Below, piece after piece: positions 33,716 through 43,996 of a DNA stretch of 64,000 nt; positions within the stretch are counted from its first letter, which is position 1; every line of letters begins with the position of its first letter. The position numbers and the translations under genes were made by a program. Source of the stretch: a virus (taxonomy: Duplodnaviria > Caudoviricetes); IMG/VR virus record IMGVR_UViG_2896054739_000007, positions 64,001 to 128,000 of that record; one strand, written 5' to 3'. The notes beneath the pieces were generated by a model that was given only the letters and a program-made list of their open reading frames with translations, searched no databases and was not told where the DNA came from.

Positions 33716-33925
33716 CTAAAGTTTCTTGTCTGGTATCCATTCTAAAATATCTCCTGGCTGAACTTTTAATACTTCGCAAATTGCATTGATTGTTTTTAAT
33801 GTTACACTTTCGCCCTTTGAAATTTTAGTCATAGTTGCTGAAGATATACCAGAGGCATTTTTTAATTGTTCTTTTGTCATATCTCTTTTATTAAGTAAGT
33901 CTAACAATTTATAATATGCAATCAT
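33716..33925 (-). CDS. HTH_26 regulator, paralog of 28721..28921
   Basis: MIAYYKLLDLL..ICEVLKVQPGDILEW. Confidence 0.88.
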   Translation of the reverse strand: MIAYYKLLDLLNKRDMTKEQLKNASGISSATMTKISKGESVTLKTINAICEVLKVQPGDILEWIPDKKL

Positions 33926-34057
33926 GTATCCACCTTCCTTATAACCTGATATACTGATTTAGATTATTTCATTATATCAGATTATTTCTACATTAAAAAG
34001 GTGTAAAGCCTTAATAATTCAATAGACTTTACACCGTGATTATGATATACCTATTTG

Positions 34058-34222
34058 CTACATTTCATACTCTTCAGACGGGATGCCCAAAGAAGCAAGT
34101 TTGTTTTTATATACCTTTAGCTGATACTCTAATTCTGGATTGTTGCCCGTATCAGCCTTTTTGATTCGTTGCAAATTTACATAATAATCAATGGTAATCT
34201 GTTTTAATTCGTCAAGCGTCAT
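34058..34222 (-). CDS. Small helical protein, inverted-repeat-flanked (copy 3; 54 aa, not in track)
   Basis: MTLDELKQITIDYYVNLQRIKKADTGNNPELEYQLKVYKNKLASLGI, clearly similar to copy 2. Confidence 0.7.
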   Translation of the reverse strand: MTLDELKQITIDYYVNLQRIKKADTGNNPELEYQLKVYKNKLASLGIPSEEYEM

Positions 34223-34354
34223 ATCTTCTTGTACCATCCTTTCACCTGCTTTCTACATTGTGGCTTATGTTGCTACAATGTAAGTATATCACAACTCAGG
34301 TGCAAAGTCTATTCAATTATCAATGTGCTTGTGGTGCTTATGGATTATGCTGCT

Positions 34355-34413
34355 ATCCCGACTACCCTTGTTTGGGTAGTTTCGCCGGCTCTCACCGTTG
34401 CTCATCAGGGGAT
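34355..34413 (-). ncRNA. Type I hammerhead ribozyme
   Basis: Minus strand: AUCCC CUGAUGA GC AA CGGU GAGA GCCG GC GAAA CUACCC AAACAA GGGUAG UC^ GGGAU; full core, three stems, GUC cleavage triplet. Confidence 0.92.
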
Positions 34414-34734
34414 TTATAATACTTCATAATCTAATTTTGACTTTTTAGAAAACGTAGCTGTTTTACCATCTTCAAAATGTAATCTAATGCAAGCACCTAT
34501 TTTTTCGCCACATTCTTTTTCAATCTCTTTTGCTGTTACTTCTTCAATACAAGTAACATTATGATAGATGTGACTAAAGGATTTTTTGTTTTCAAAACCT
34601 GATACTCTAACTGTTGCATTGTTTAAATGTATTCTCATATTGTGTACCTGCCTTTCATTGTGGTTGTTTGTGTGTAGTTGTTGCTATATACTTCTTTGTT
34701 TTGGTGTGACACTTTATCTTTAACTTATGTATAG

Positions 34735-34875
34735 ATTATAGCACGTAATACCTAGATTGTCAACGTAATACCTAGTTTTTTATAGCAAAATAATACATAA
34801 TTATTTTAGGTATTACCTAGTTATTTTTGTGCAGTTTGCTAATTGATTGACAACTTAGGTAATACGTGTTAAAAT
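34735..34875. promoter_or_regulatory. Divergent near-mirror promoters with shared operator in their spacers
   Basis: Leftward TTGACA atctaggtattacgtgc TATAAT; rightward TTGACA acttaggtaatacgtgt TAAAAT; four GTAATACCTAG-like boxes. Confidence 0.8.
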
Positions 34876-34911
34876 GCAATTTAAGATGGTTTTTAAAAAG
34901 GATGGTATAAA

Positions 34912-35118
34912 ATGTCAGATAGAAAAAAACAGAGCGAATATCAAGCAAAATATGACGCTGAGAACATGAAACAATATAGTGTGAAATACCCACTTTGGAT
35001 ATATGAAGCTGTAGAAAAAGCTATGTCTGATACTGGCATGAACCGGAATAAATGGACAACTACGGCTATTGTGGAAAAACTAAAAAGGGATGGATATATT
35101 CAGGGGAAAGAGGATTGA
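34912..35118 (+). CDS. Small RHH-like regulator
   Basis: YDAENMKQYSVKYP..GMNRNKWTTTAIVEKL. Confidence 0.7.
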   Translation: MSDRKKQSEYQAKYDAENMKQYSVKYPLWIYEAVEKAMSDTGMNRNKWTTTAIVEKLKRDGYIQGKED

Positions 35119-35136
35119 TAGAAAGATGATTATGTG

Positions 35137-35249
35137 GCATTTTGATATATTAGATAGCATTATGATATATTTTGAGTTGTGATATTATGATGTTGCTGGA
35201 TAATATAGATGTAGCATTATGGTATATAAAAATAGCATTTTGATATATT
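35137..35249 (+). repeat. Four direct repeats GCATTWTGRTATAT
   Basis: Copies at 35137, 35157, 35214, 35235. Confidence 0.75.
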
Positions 35250-36943
35250 TTGGCTTTATGCATCGAACTCGTCAAGCAAAATTACTTGACAGCACAGCAA
35301 CTAGTGTAAAGTATTTTTACTTGACGGTATATTTGTTTGTATTTATTCAGATTCAAGTTGCAGAAAATGGACAATTCATAACTTAAATATACCATAATAC
35401 TATACTATTACTGTATGTTTTATAGCCCCAGGTGGGTTTACATTTTCATATAAATACCCATTTACCAAAAACCCCCCTATCTCTTCCATTCACACGTCAC
35501 CCCTAAAAATTGTGTCCGAAACATAAACAATTCACAAAAATAATTCGGAGTCATATTCGGTGCCATTCCTAAAAATCATTATAAATCAATGTAATATAAA
35601 TTTTCTGACAATTCAAATCTATTCCCAAACCACAAAATACAACCTAGAAATCTTCCAAAACCCTTGAAAAATAAGCATTATTCCGAACTTACTCTAAAAT
35701 TGCACTCAAGAAAAGAAATCATATACAAAATCACACTTAAAAATCATTCATCAAAATCTTAAAATATCCTGTAAAATCAATACTTTTACATTCTATTGTT
35801 CCATCAAAACTACTCTCCCACCGAACTCATAAATTAATCTCATACACATCACCTCATTTTTTAATAATATTTCCAACCAGAAAGAGAATATATTCTTGTA
35901 CCAATTAATTCACACAAACACAAACGGAGGATATATTAATGAACAAATACCAGATACAAATTGACCACAGGACTGAAAACAAATGGGATTGGATATGTGT
36001 GTTTGCCAATTCAGATCAAGAAGTCATACAAAATGCAAAAATCAAATTATATGATTTTCAGAATCCTACATACTCACAATCTGATGATTACGATGTAAAA
36101 TATTATTTTCTACTAAGACAGATGAGAAATCGTCTGTCTTATTTTTATGTAAAAGGCAATTAAATGGAGAAATAGTAAATATCCATCACAATATAAAAAA
36201 TCATTTTCCTCAAACAGTATTCAGATAATGGGGGAGTATATTTTACATTATTTAGGATTTATCAGATATCTACTACCCTACTACCAATAAATATAACTTG
36301 AAAACTTATAAATCATTTCACATCAGAATGTAGAAGTAATAAGAAGAGCACATAACAATACCAAATTAAGAATGAAGGAGATAAATATATTATGGCAAAA
36401 CTAACTATCATACCTCAAAAATTTACATTTGAAAAACCAACCATCAAAAATGGTAAAGGTGAAACAATATCTCATGGAATCAGTGTAACCATAGATATAG
36501 ATGCCTTTAAAGCTGACAAAGAAGAAATTAAAAAGGACTTAACAGCTATTTTTGCTGAAGTCCTTGAATACTTTGATTAATTTTATCCAAGGCATTTTCT
36601 ATTGTAGATCTAATACATACAAGGAATTTTATATCCAAAGAAAGAGAATATGTAAATAGACATTGCTACTCTATCTTACAACTTGTAATTTATACCACCT
36701 GTAACTACCAACCATCAACAACCATCAACAATCAAAAATTTTTTAAAAGAGTAATGAATTATGAAGCGTATGCGAATAATTCATTACGATAGTAGTCTTT
36801 ATTTATATAATCAGTCTTTATTTATAAAAAGACGGCTGATTCTGCACACTGTAGTGTGATATACTTTGCCATTTTTTCTTCAAGTATATCACACTCTGAT
36901 GTGATATACATTAAAAATTAAGATAAAAGAAAGGAATAAAATC

Positions 36944-37795
36944 ATGAGAATTACAAACAAAAATACCACAAAACCAAGAAAAGGAAAAGTATATGAAAGC
37001 GAGTCATTCAAAGATGGTCAATTTACTGAAGAAGAATTAAAACAATATAGACTATCTGATAATGAAATAGCCACAATCCTTGAATATCAGTCACTTTTGC
37101 CTATTTTACAAGAAAATGAAAATAATACAATTAGCGCAAAAGAACTACATAATCAATTAAAAGTTAGTCGAGATTTTTCAACTTGGATCAAACAACAAAT
37201 TGAAGATTTGGAACTAGTTGAAAACATAGATTATTTTATTGATTCACCTTTAAAGGGGAGTGGATTAGTTGATTATCAGTTAAAGCTCAGCGATGCAAAG
37301 GAAATTGCAATGCTTGCCGGTTCTAAAGGTGGACGTACATCCGAAGAGCTAAAGAAAATGTCCAAGTTAGTGAGAAAATATTTTATCGCTATAGAAAAAG
37401 CATTTAAAAATCGTACAAACTGGAATACAAACCGCAAAAACACCTTAATTAATTGCAAAGAATTGCGTGGTGCTTTAATCACAAAAAGAGAAGAATTACT
37501 TAATGGTGTTCCTGAATGGATTACTAATGGCAATTTATACTCTATTGAGTTTTCATTACTAAATACTGTAATACTTGGAATGTCTGCAACACAGTATCGC
37601 AAAGAACATAATATATCTTCTAATGAACAGATACGAAATTATTTTTCTGAAGATCAATTAGATGATGTAGAAAGATTAGAACGATATGATGCACAGTTAA
37701 TTATTTCTCAGGAAATTTACTCATACGAAGAGAGAAAACAAATATTACAAACAGAGTATGATCGTGTAAAAAACAGAAAAACTAAGTGGGTATAA
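36944..37795 (+). CDS. AntA/AntB antirepressor-domain protein
   Basis: ISAKELHNQLKVSRDFSTWIK..AKEIAM..VRKYFIAIEK. Confidence 0.85.
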   Translation: MRITNKNTTKPRKGKVYESESFKDGQFTEEELKQYRLSDNEIATILEYQSLLPILQENENNTISAKELHNQLKVSRDFSTWIKQQIEDLELVENIDYFIDSPLKGSGLVDYQLKLSDAKEIAMLAGSKGGRTSEELKKMSKLVRKYFIAIEKAFKNRTNWNTNRKNTLINCKELRGALITKREELLNGVPEWITNGNLYSIEFSLLNTVILGMSATQYRKEHNISSNEQIRNYFSEDQLDDVERLERYDAQLIISQEIYSYEERKQILQTEYDRVKNRKTKWV

Positions 37796-37814
37796 GAAAG
37801 GAGGCGTTTTTTAC

Positions 37815-38669
37815 ATAGAGAATAATAAATCACCAACAGCTACATTAGAATTACCAGATACAGTAAATCGTTTTGTAAAGATTCCAAAAGAAGTAATTTT
37901 GGCAAATACTTTACCAGAACACAGATTATCGGCTTTGCTCTATTTAAATTATAACCAAACATGGGAAAATGTTGTTCACTACTCTCCTATTTATATGATT
38001 CAGTGGTGTAAGTATAAACCAAACTGGCATAGGGGTACTGAAAAAAATATTTTTACCAAGTTTAGAGATTGCATGGATTGGTTCTTTGAAAATGGATACA
38101 TCATTGACTTTGATAAAGAGAAATATATACAGAATACCTTTCAGTCATCATTGATTAATATGGAAAAAATGAATCCAAAAAACAATTTTGGTATTTTATA
38201 TGACTTTGAAGTAGAAACAATCAATAAGTATCAGTCACCATACAAGCCATTAAATAAAAGTATACTATTTCTTCTGTTATCTTATATAAAGGCATTTACT
38301 TGGATCAGAACGAATGAATCATCTGGACATTCTGAAAAATCTAAGAAGAATAAACCAGAAATATTTTATTCACAGTTTCAGTCTATAGCTGCTTTTATAG
38401 GTAGTGATAGAAAAATGATTGCAAAAGCAACAGAAGTATTAGAACAACTTGGTTTAATAAAAACCCATAGGATGCCAAGATATAAAGATTCCAATGATAA
38501 TTGGCACACTGATGATATTATTTATATCTGTCCTTATCGGTATATATTGAGAAATAATCAAATAGTTCAATGTACAAAAGAAGAATATAACTATGAGAAG
38601 GAATTAGAATATGGGATTTTATTTTTGAGAAATCAGAATTATGTAAGTAAAAAATTCTATCAAAATTAA
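37815..38669 (+). CDS. Hypothetical DNA-binding protein (probable ATA start)
   Basis: AAGGAGG RBS then in-frame ATA; wHTH-like FQSIAAFIGSDRKMIAKATEVLEQLGLI. Confidence 0.65.
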   Translation: MENNKSPTATLELPDTVNRFVKIPKEVILANTLPEHRLSALLYLNYNQTWENVVHYSPIYMIQWCKYKPNWHRGTEKNIFTKFRDCMDWFFENGYIIDFDKEKYIQNTFQSSLINMEKMNPKNNFGILYDFEVETINKYQSPYKPLNKSILFLLLSYIKAFTWIRTNESSGHSEKSKKNKPEIFYSQFQSIAAFIGSDRKMIAKATEVLEQLGLIKTHRMPRYKDSNDNWHTDDIIYICPYRYILRNNQIVQCTKEEYNYEKELEYGILFLRNQNYVSKKFYQN

Positions 38670-39929
38670 TTCCAAAACACAGAAATAAGTATTGTAAACA
38701 TGAATCAATATCCATCATCACCACTATCATACCACCAAAAAAGGAGAATCGAAAACCATGACGACAAAGAAGACAACATTAACAACCAAAATTTTATCAA
38801 ACAGAAAAGGAGAATTTACAGTAACTAATGACACAGACAACTAACAGATATGGAATTTATGAAGTAGATCACACAAAATTTGGAGGACTAATTTACCCTT
38901 CCGATTTCAATACATATTATCGAGGGAAAGATAATACAAACGGATCTCAGATAGCAAGTCGTATAGAAGCAGATAAGCAAAGAGAAGAAAAACTTTGGAA
39001 GAAAAATCGAGAAGGTATTGAAAGGAATAAAAATTATGGCAAGTAAATCTGGATACATAAACATTGATGAAAATGAAGAAATAACTATTGAAAAACCAAA
39101 ACTATCAAATTCAGTTTCACTTTCAGAACAGGAAGTATGTATCAATTTTATGAGAGATGAAGATTATGCCACAATCTATACCTCAGATACTACATATATG
39201 ACTAAATTAGATAAATTATGTAAAGCAAATCCAGATATGTACTCTCTCATTGCTGATACAGGTAGAGGAAAAACATATCGTGTTGAAGATAAAACACTTA
39301 TCAGTTTTAGAGCAAAGAAAAGAGAAATGTCTGATGAACAGAAAATTGCTGCAGGTGAACGAATGAGACAATGGCAAGCCAATAAGAAGAATTAGGATGG
39401 TGTTATTTGCTAGAAATTAAATGATGTACATTAGCGTAGAAAATTTTGACGTACTTAATGATAAAAGTATCATCTAAAACTTTTCTTTCTGAAAATCTAA
39501 TGTACATCTTAGAAATTTTTAAATGTGGAGGAATTTATAAAATGTTAAAGGAAATGATGAACCCAAGATATCACGGAAATGCTCTCACAATTGACTTATC
39601 AAATTGGGGATATCCAAATTACATAGCTGAATGTGCATATCATTTTGACAAAAAAGAAAATAAATATTCATTTTCAATGTGGTTGAATCGTACCGATTTG
39701 GAGGATCGGATGAAGTTATCTTCTAAGAAGGTTGATACACAATACATATCAGGAACTAGAGATACCATTATAGAGAATATCTGCAGAATTGTACACCATT
39801 GTGTCACTATCACTGATAACGGAAGCGGCAAAAAATATTTTGATCGCTTTGTAGAAAGATACGAATATGAACTGACATGTTTTGAGCGTGGTAACGAGTT
39901 GTTTGAGAAGGAAAGACTGGCAAAACTAA

Positions 39930-40364
39930 ATGATAACAAAGACTGATTACAAATATTTTGAAAAAGCAAGACAAGCTGCCACTATATCTGATTTTTATAA
40001 AACCCACATTGGATGTGTGGCAGTGTATCAAGGAAATATTATAGGAATTGGTTGTAATTGTAACAAAACTCATCCAATACAGAAGAAATATAATAAATAC
40101 CGCAAACCATCAGATATCATGTTACCAAAGTTACACGCAGAAATTAACTGTATAAATTCTATCAGACGTTTGAATATTAACTTTTCAAAAGTCAAGTTAT
40201 ACATATATAGAATTCGCAATGATCAGCCGTTTGGATTATCACGCCCTTGTCCTTCCTGTATGGTAGCAATTAAGGATCTTAGAATTCAAGATATTTACTA
40301 TACAACCAATGACGGATATGTACATGAACGAATAGAGAAATATGGTGTGGGAGGTGTTGCTTAA
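39930..40364 (+). CDS. Zinc-dependent cytidine/dCMP deaminase-fold protein
   Basis: LHAEI and RPCPSC motifs. Confidence 0.85.
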   Translation: MITKTDYKYFEKARQAATISDFYKTHIGCVAVYQGNIIGIGCNCNKTHPIQKKYNKYRKPSDIMLPKLHAEINCINSIRRLNINFSKVKLYIYRIRNDQPFGLSRPCPSCMVAIKDLRIQDIYYTTNDGYVHERIEKYGVGGVA

Positions 40365-40603
40365 TCTGCGAGATATGTAGAATGACTCCTTGCCATTTCA
40401 TGTGCCCTAATTATTCTCCCAAGAAAACTGTACACTATTGTTCTTCTTGTGGTGACGGAATTTATGATGGAGAAGAATATATTGAAAATTTAGATGGTGA
40501 ATATCGTCATTATGAATGTTTTCATGGCATGAGAGAATTATTGGAATGGCTTGGTTATAAGATTAGAACTATGCAAAATACAACTTGAAAATGAAAGGAA
40601 AGA

Positions 40604-41422
40604 ATGATGAACAAAAATAATAATAATCTGAGAAAGAATAGTTTCAAAGAAGAGGAACTGAAACAATATGTTAAAAACGGAGATCTGAAGGAATCTGATA
40701 TTCAAATCATTTTAGAATATCAGAAACTATTACCTGTATTACAGCAAGAGGATGGTTCTTGGATTGATGCCAGGACATTACATAAAGAATTAAAAGTCGG
40801 GAAAGTTTTTGGTGCTTGGATTGCTGGACGTATTGATAAGTATGAATTTATAGAAAACGAAGATTATAAAGTTTGCTTTCCAAAACGGGAAAGCAAAAAA
40901 GGTAGTGGTGGGCATAACACAAAAGACTACTCTCTCACTCTTGATATGGCAAAGGAATTGTCTATGGTGGAGAATAATAAAATTGGGCGCATTTCTCGTA
41001 AATATTTTATCGCTATTGATAAAGCATTTAAAGCAAGACGCTTGTGGAATATTGATAGATGGGAAACTTTAGAACATTATAAAAACTATCGCAAGATTAT
41101 TAACCTATCCAAAAAGGAACTGATGCCTACAATGCCAGACTGGTGTAAAAAGCGTGGCGATCAGGGAGTATTCATGGGAGAAGCTAACCTGCTTAACGAA
41201 ATCATTATCGGCATGAGTGCATCAGACTATCGTTTTAAATACTGTCTACCTAAAGATGAGCCTGTAAGGAACCATTTCAATAACTTTGAACTCCAGATGG
41301 TCGCTGAGTTGGAAAAGTTTGATACAGATTTGATCCGTCTTCAGGAAATGTATGATTATGAAGAAAGACGAAAGCTGCTTGCAAAAAAGTATCAGTCATT
41401 GCTCGATAATAATAATTTCTAG
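40604..41422 (+). CDS. AntA/AntB antirepressor-domain protein (paralog of 36944)
   Basis: IDARTLHKELKV..DYSLTLDMAKELSMVE..RKYFIAI. Confidence 0.88.
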   Translation: MMNKNNNNLRKNSFKEEELKQYVKNGDLKESDIQIILEYQKLLPVLQQEDGSWIDARTLHKELKVGKVFGAWIAGRIDKYEFIENEDYKVCFPKRESKKGSGGHNTKDYSLTLDMAKELSMVENNKIGRISRKYFIAIDKAFKARRLWNIDRWETLEHYKNYRKIINLSKKELMPTMPDWCKKRGDQGVFMGEANLLNEIIIGMSASDYRFKYCLPKDEPVRNHFNNFELQMVAELEKFDTDLIRLQEMYDYEERRKLLAKKYQSLLDNNNF

Positions 41423-41485
41423 GATAATGACTTAGAATAGAAATTTCATTGGTATAAACATCTTTTATTAAGCAAAGGAGGATAA

Positions 41486-43996
41486 ATGGCTGGAATTAGC
41501 GTACCTCAATATGAGATTTTTAAAATAGGAACTAATAAACTTAAATATTATAATTGGGATTTAAGTATTACAAAAAAAGATGCATTCAAATTCCAGGAAT
41601 TAGTGTCATTGTTTGAAGCACAGGAATTTCGTATAATGGCAAATAAAATTCTAAAACAAGAGATTTCAGAAATTGATTTCTCAAAGATATTTATACAAGT
41701 GGTTATAGATAAGAAATCAGATTTTGGTCGAGCTACTTGTAAGAAAGGCGTAACAGTTAATGGAATAAATTATCGTAGATTTGTAGGAACAACTGGAGGA
41801 TTAAAAAATAACACTCTTCTATTTTGTAATTCAAAATACATAGATGAATTAAATGAACTTTGCGAATGTAAAAGAAATAAAAGTATTCCACTTGTTCCAG
41901 CGAAATACGAAGCATATAAAGCACTGACTTGTTCAGCATCTCAACCAATTTGTATTCCTAATGGAATTTTGGTTGTAAAGGATTGTGTTACACAATATTT
42001 TGCAGATGTAATATCTTTAGATGATGGTAAAGATTCTGATGAACCTGTTATGGAAACAGTATTCCATAAGCAGCTTGAAAATACTGTATCAGATGGTTTT
42101 AATATATGTACCATTGAATATATGAAACGAGTATCCGAATTTTTAGGATTAGATTATATACCAAGTGGTGTTTGTTTAAGAAATGCGTGGTTAAAAGGAA
42201 TGCTCTATCCGTTTCCAATTCTTGAATTTGTTGAAGAATTTAATAATGGTAATTACTTTATAGAAGATATTTGGGGAAATATTCAGGATATTCGTGAATG
42301 CGAAATGATTATAACTGAATCATCTCTTAAACTATGGATGGCTTATGATAATATTGAAAGTTACGAAAATGCTTATAAAGAATGCGGCTATGGATTTTCT
42401 GTAACTAAAATATCACCTTATATATTAGAAGAACAACGAGAACTGAATTATCAGTATTTACAGTCGTATGAATTTACAGATGATGATATAGAAGAACTTT
42501 GTACACCCACAATAAACTATTTGAAAGATGCTATGTGTGGTGACTACGCTTCCACTGTTAAGTTTTTAGGAATTACAGAAAATACAGAAGTTAATTCATG
42601 GCAACGAGCATTATATATAAGTGAATATATGTTGGGTGATCCATATGTAATTGATTCAGTACATAGATTTATTAAAAAGAAAATGAACGATGCTAAGATT
42701 GGTAAATTATTTGTACAAGGTAATTACCAAATTGCCAGTGGTGATCCGTTCGCCTTAATGCAATCTATTTGTGGATTAGAAGTTACAGGATTGCTTAAAG
42801 AAGGTGAATGTTATTCTAAGTTTTGGATTGATAAAAACGAAAATAATGTTGTTGTTTTTAGAAGTCCAATGACAAGTCATAACAATATACGAATGTGTAG
42901 GGTGAATAATGCTGAAGAATGTAAACGTTGGTATCAATATATGGATACTATTATGATTATTAATGCTTGGGATTCATTTTGTATGGCAGAAAATGGATGT
43001 GACTGGGATAGTGATATTTTATTTTCAACAAATAATGATGTACTAAAAAGACGTTATAAGAAACTTCCTGCTATTGAATGTGTACAACGTAATACATCAA
43101 AAATCATTGTTACTGAGGAAGAAGTAAAAAAGACGAATAAAAATGGTATGGGTAATCAGGTCGGTACTATTACTAATTATGTGACATCTATGATGGAAGT
43201 GCAATCACATTTTGAAAAAGAATCTAAGGAATATAAAGAATTGGAATATAGAATTGGTTGTGGACAGCTCTATCAACAGGCAGAATTAGACAAGATTAAG
43301 GGAATTGTTGCAACTCCTATGCCCAGTCGTTGGTATAATATGAGAGCCTGTGCAGATGATAGGTATTTACAATCTATATGCGCATATCGCAAACCATATT
43401 TTATGATTTACATTTACGAAGAAACTAAACGTGATTATAAGAAATATATAAAAGAAAGCAACGATAAATGCTATGCCATATATAACTGTTCTATTCAATA
43501 TTTATATGAAAATATTGATGTTTTATCCGATGAGCAGAAAGAATTTTTATTTTGGTATGAATTTAAAATGCCTGTTGGTATAGGAAAATGTTCAATGAAT
43601 CAAATCTGCCGATATATTGAAAATCAATTAGATGGTTATAAATCTCAATTGCGCAGAAATTCATTATTTGACTATAACACTTTAAAAACAAAAAGACGTT
43701 GCACAGAAGAACATAGACTGGCTCTTAAAGAATTGGAACAATATTATTGTGAATGTGTAAGAGAATACAAAAAACAGAAACATCATGATAAAGGTGAATC
43801 AAATAGAAATAGGCACTTTCTTTATACTAAATTTAATCAAGAAGCAAAAGAAATATGTCCTAATGATGAAGAACGTCTAAATATCATTTTAGACATCACT
43901 TATGGTTATAAAGGAAATAAACAGTTTTGCTGGGATTGTATTGGTGAAAACATTATTTTAAGATTGGAGGAGCTAAACACTGTACATACTAAATGA
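41486..43996 (+). CDS. yonO: YonO-like single-subunit phage RNA polymerase
   Basis: 836 aa; SDG, LRNAWLKG, FRSP and GCDWDSD (DxDxD) motifs of the RdRP-like/YonO two-barrel polymerases; SPbeta-like context. Confidence 0.85.
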   Translation: MAGISVPQYEIFKIGTNKLKYYNWDLSITKKDAFKFQELVSLFEAQEFRIMANKILKQEISEIDFSKIFIQVVIDKKSDFGRATCKKGVTVNGINYRRFVGTTGGLKNNTLLFCNSKYIDELNELCECKRNKSIPLVPAKYEAYKALTCSASQPICIPNGILVVKDCVTQYFADVISLDDGKDSDEPVMETVFHKQLENTVSDGFNICTIEYMKRVSEFLGLDYIPSGVCLRNAWLKGMLYPFPILEFVEEFNNGNYFIEDIWGNIQDIRECEMIITESSLKLWMAYDNIESYENAYKECGYGFSVTKISPYILEEQRELNYQYLQSYEFTDDDIEELCTPTINYLKDAMCGDYASTVKFLGITENTEVNSWQRALYISEYMLGDPYVIDSVHRFIKKKMNDAKIGKLFVQGNYQIASGDPFALMQSICGLEVTGLLKEGECYSKFWIDKNENNVVVFRSPMTSHNNIRMCRVNNAEECKRWYQYMDTIMIINAWDSFCMAENGCDWDSDILFSTNNDVLKRRYKKLPAIECVQRNTSKIIVTEEEVKKTNKNGMGNQVGTITNYVTSMMEVQSHFEKESKEYKELEYRIGCGQLYQQAELDKIKGIVATPMPSRWYNMRACADDRYLQSICAYRKPYFMIYIYEETKRDYKKYIKESNDKCYAIYNCSIQYLYENIDVLSDEQKEFLFWYEFKMPVGIGKCSMNQICRYIENQLDGYKSQLRRNSLFDYNTLKTKRRCTEEHRLALKELEQYYCECVREYKKQKHHDKGESNRNRHFLYTKFNQEAKEICPNDEERLNIILDITYGYKGNKQFCWDCIGENIILRLEELNTVHTK

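Noticed and set aside
33283-35249. CRISPR or mini-array
   Set aside because: Repeats are 14-18 nt with only 2-4 copies and short or irregular spacing; no cas genes
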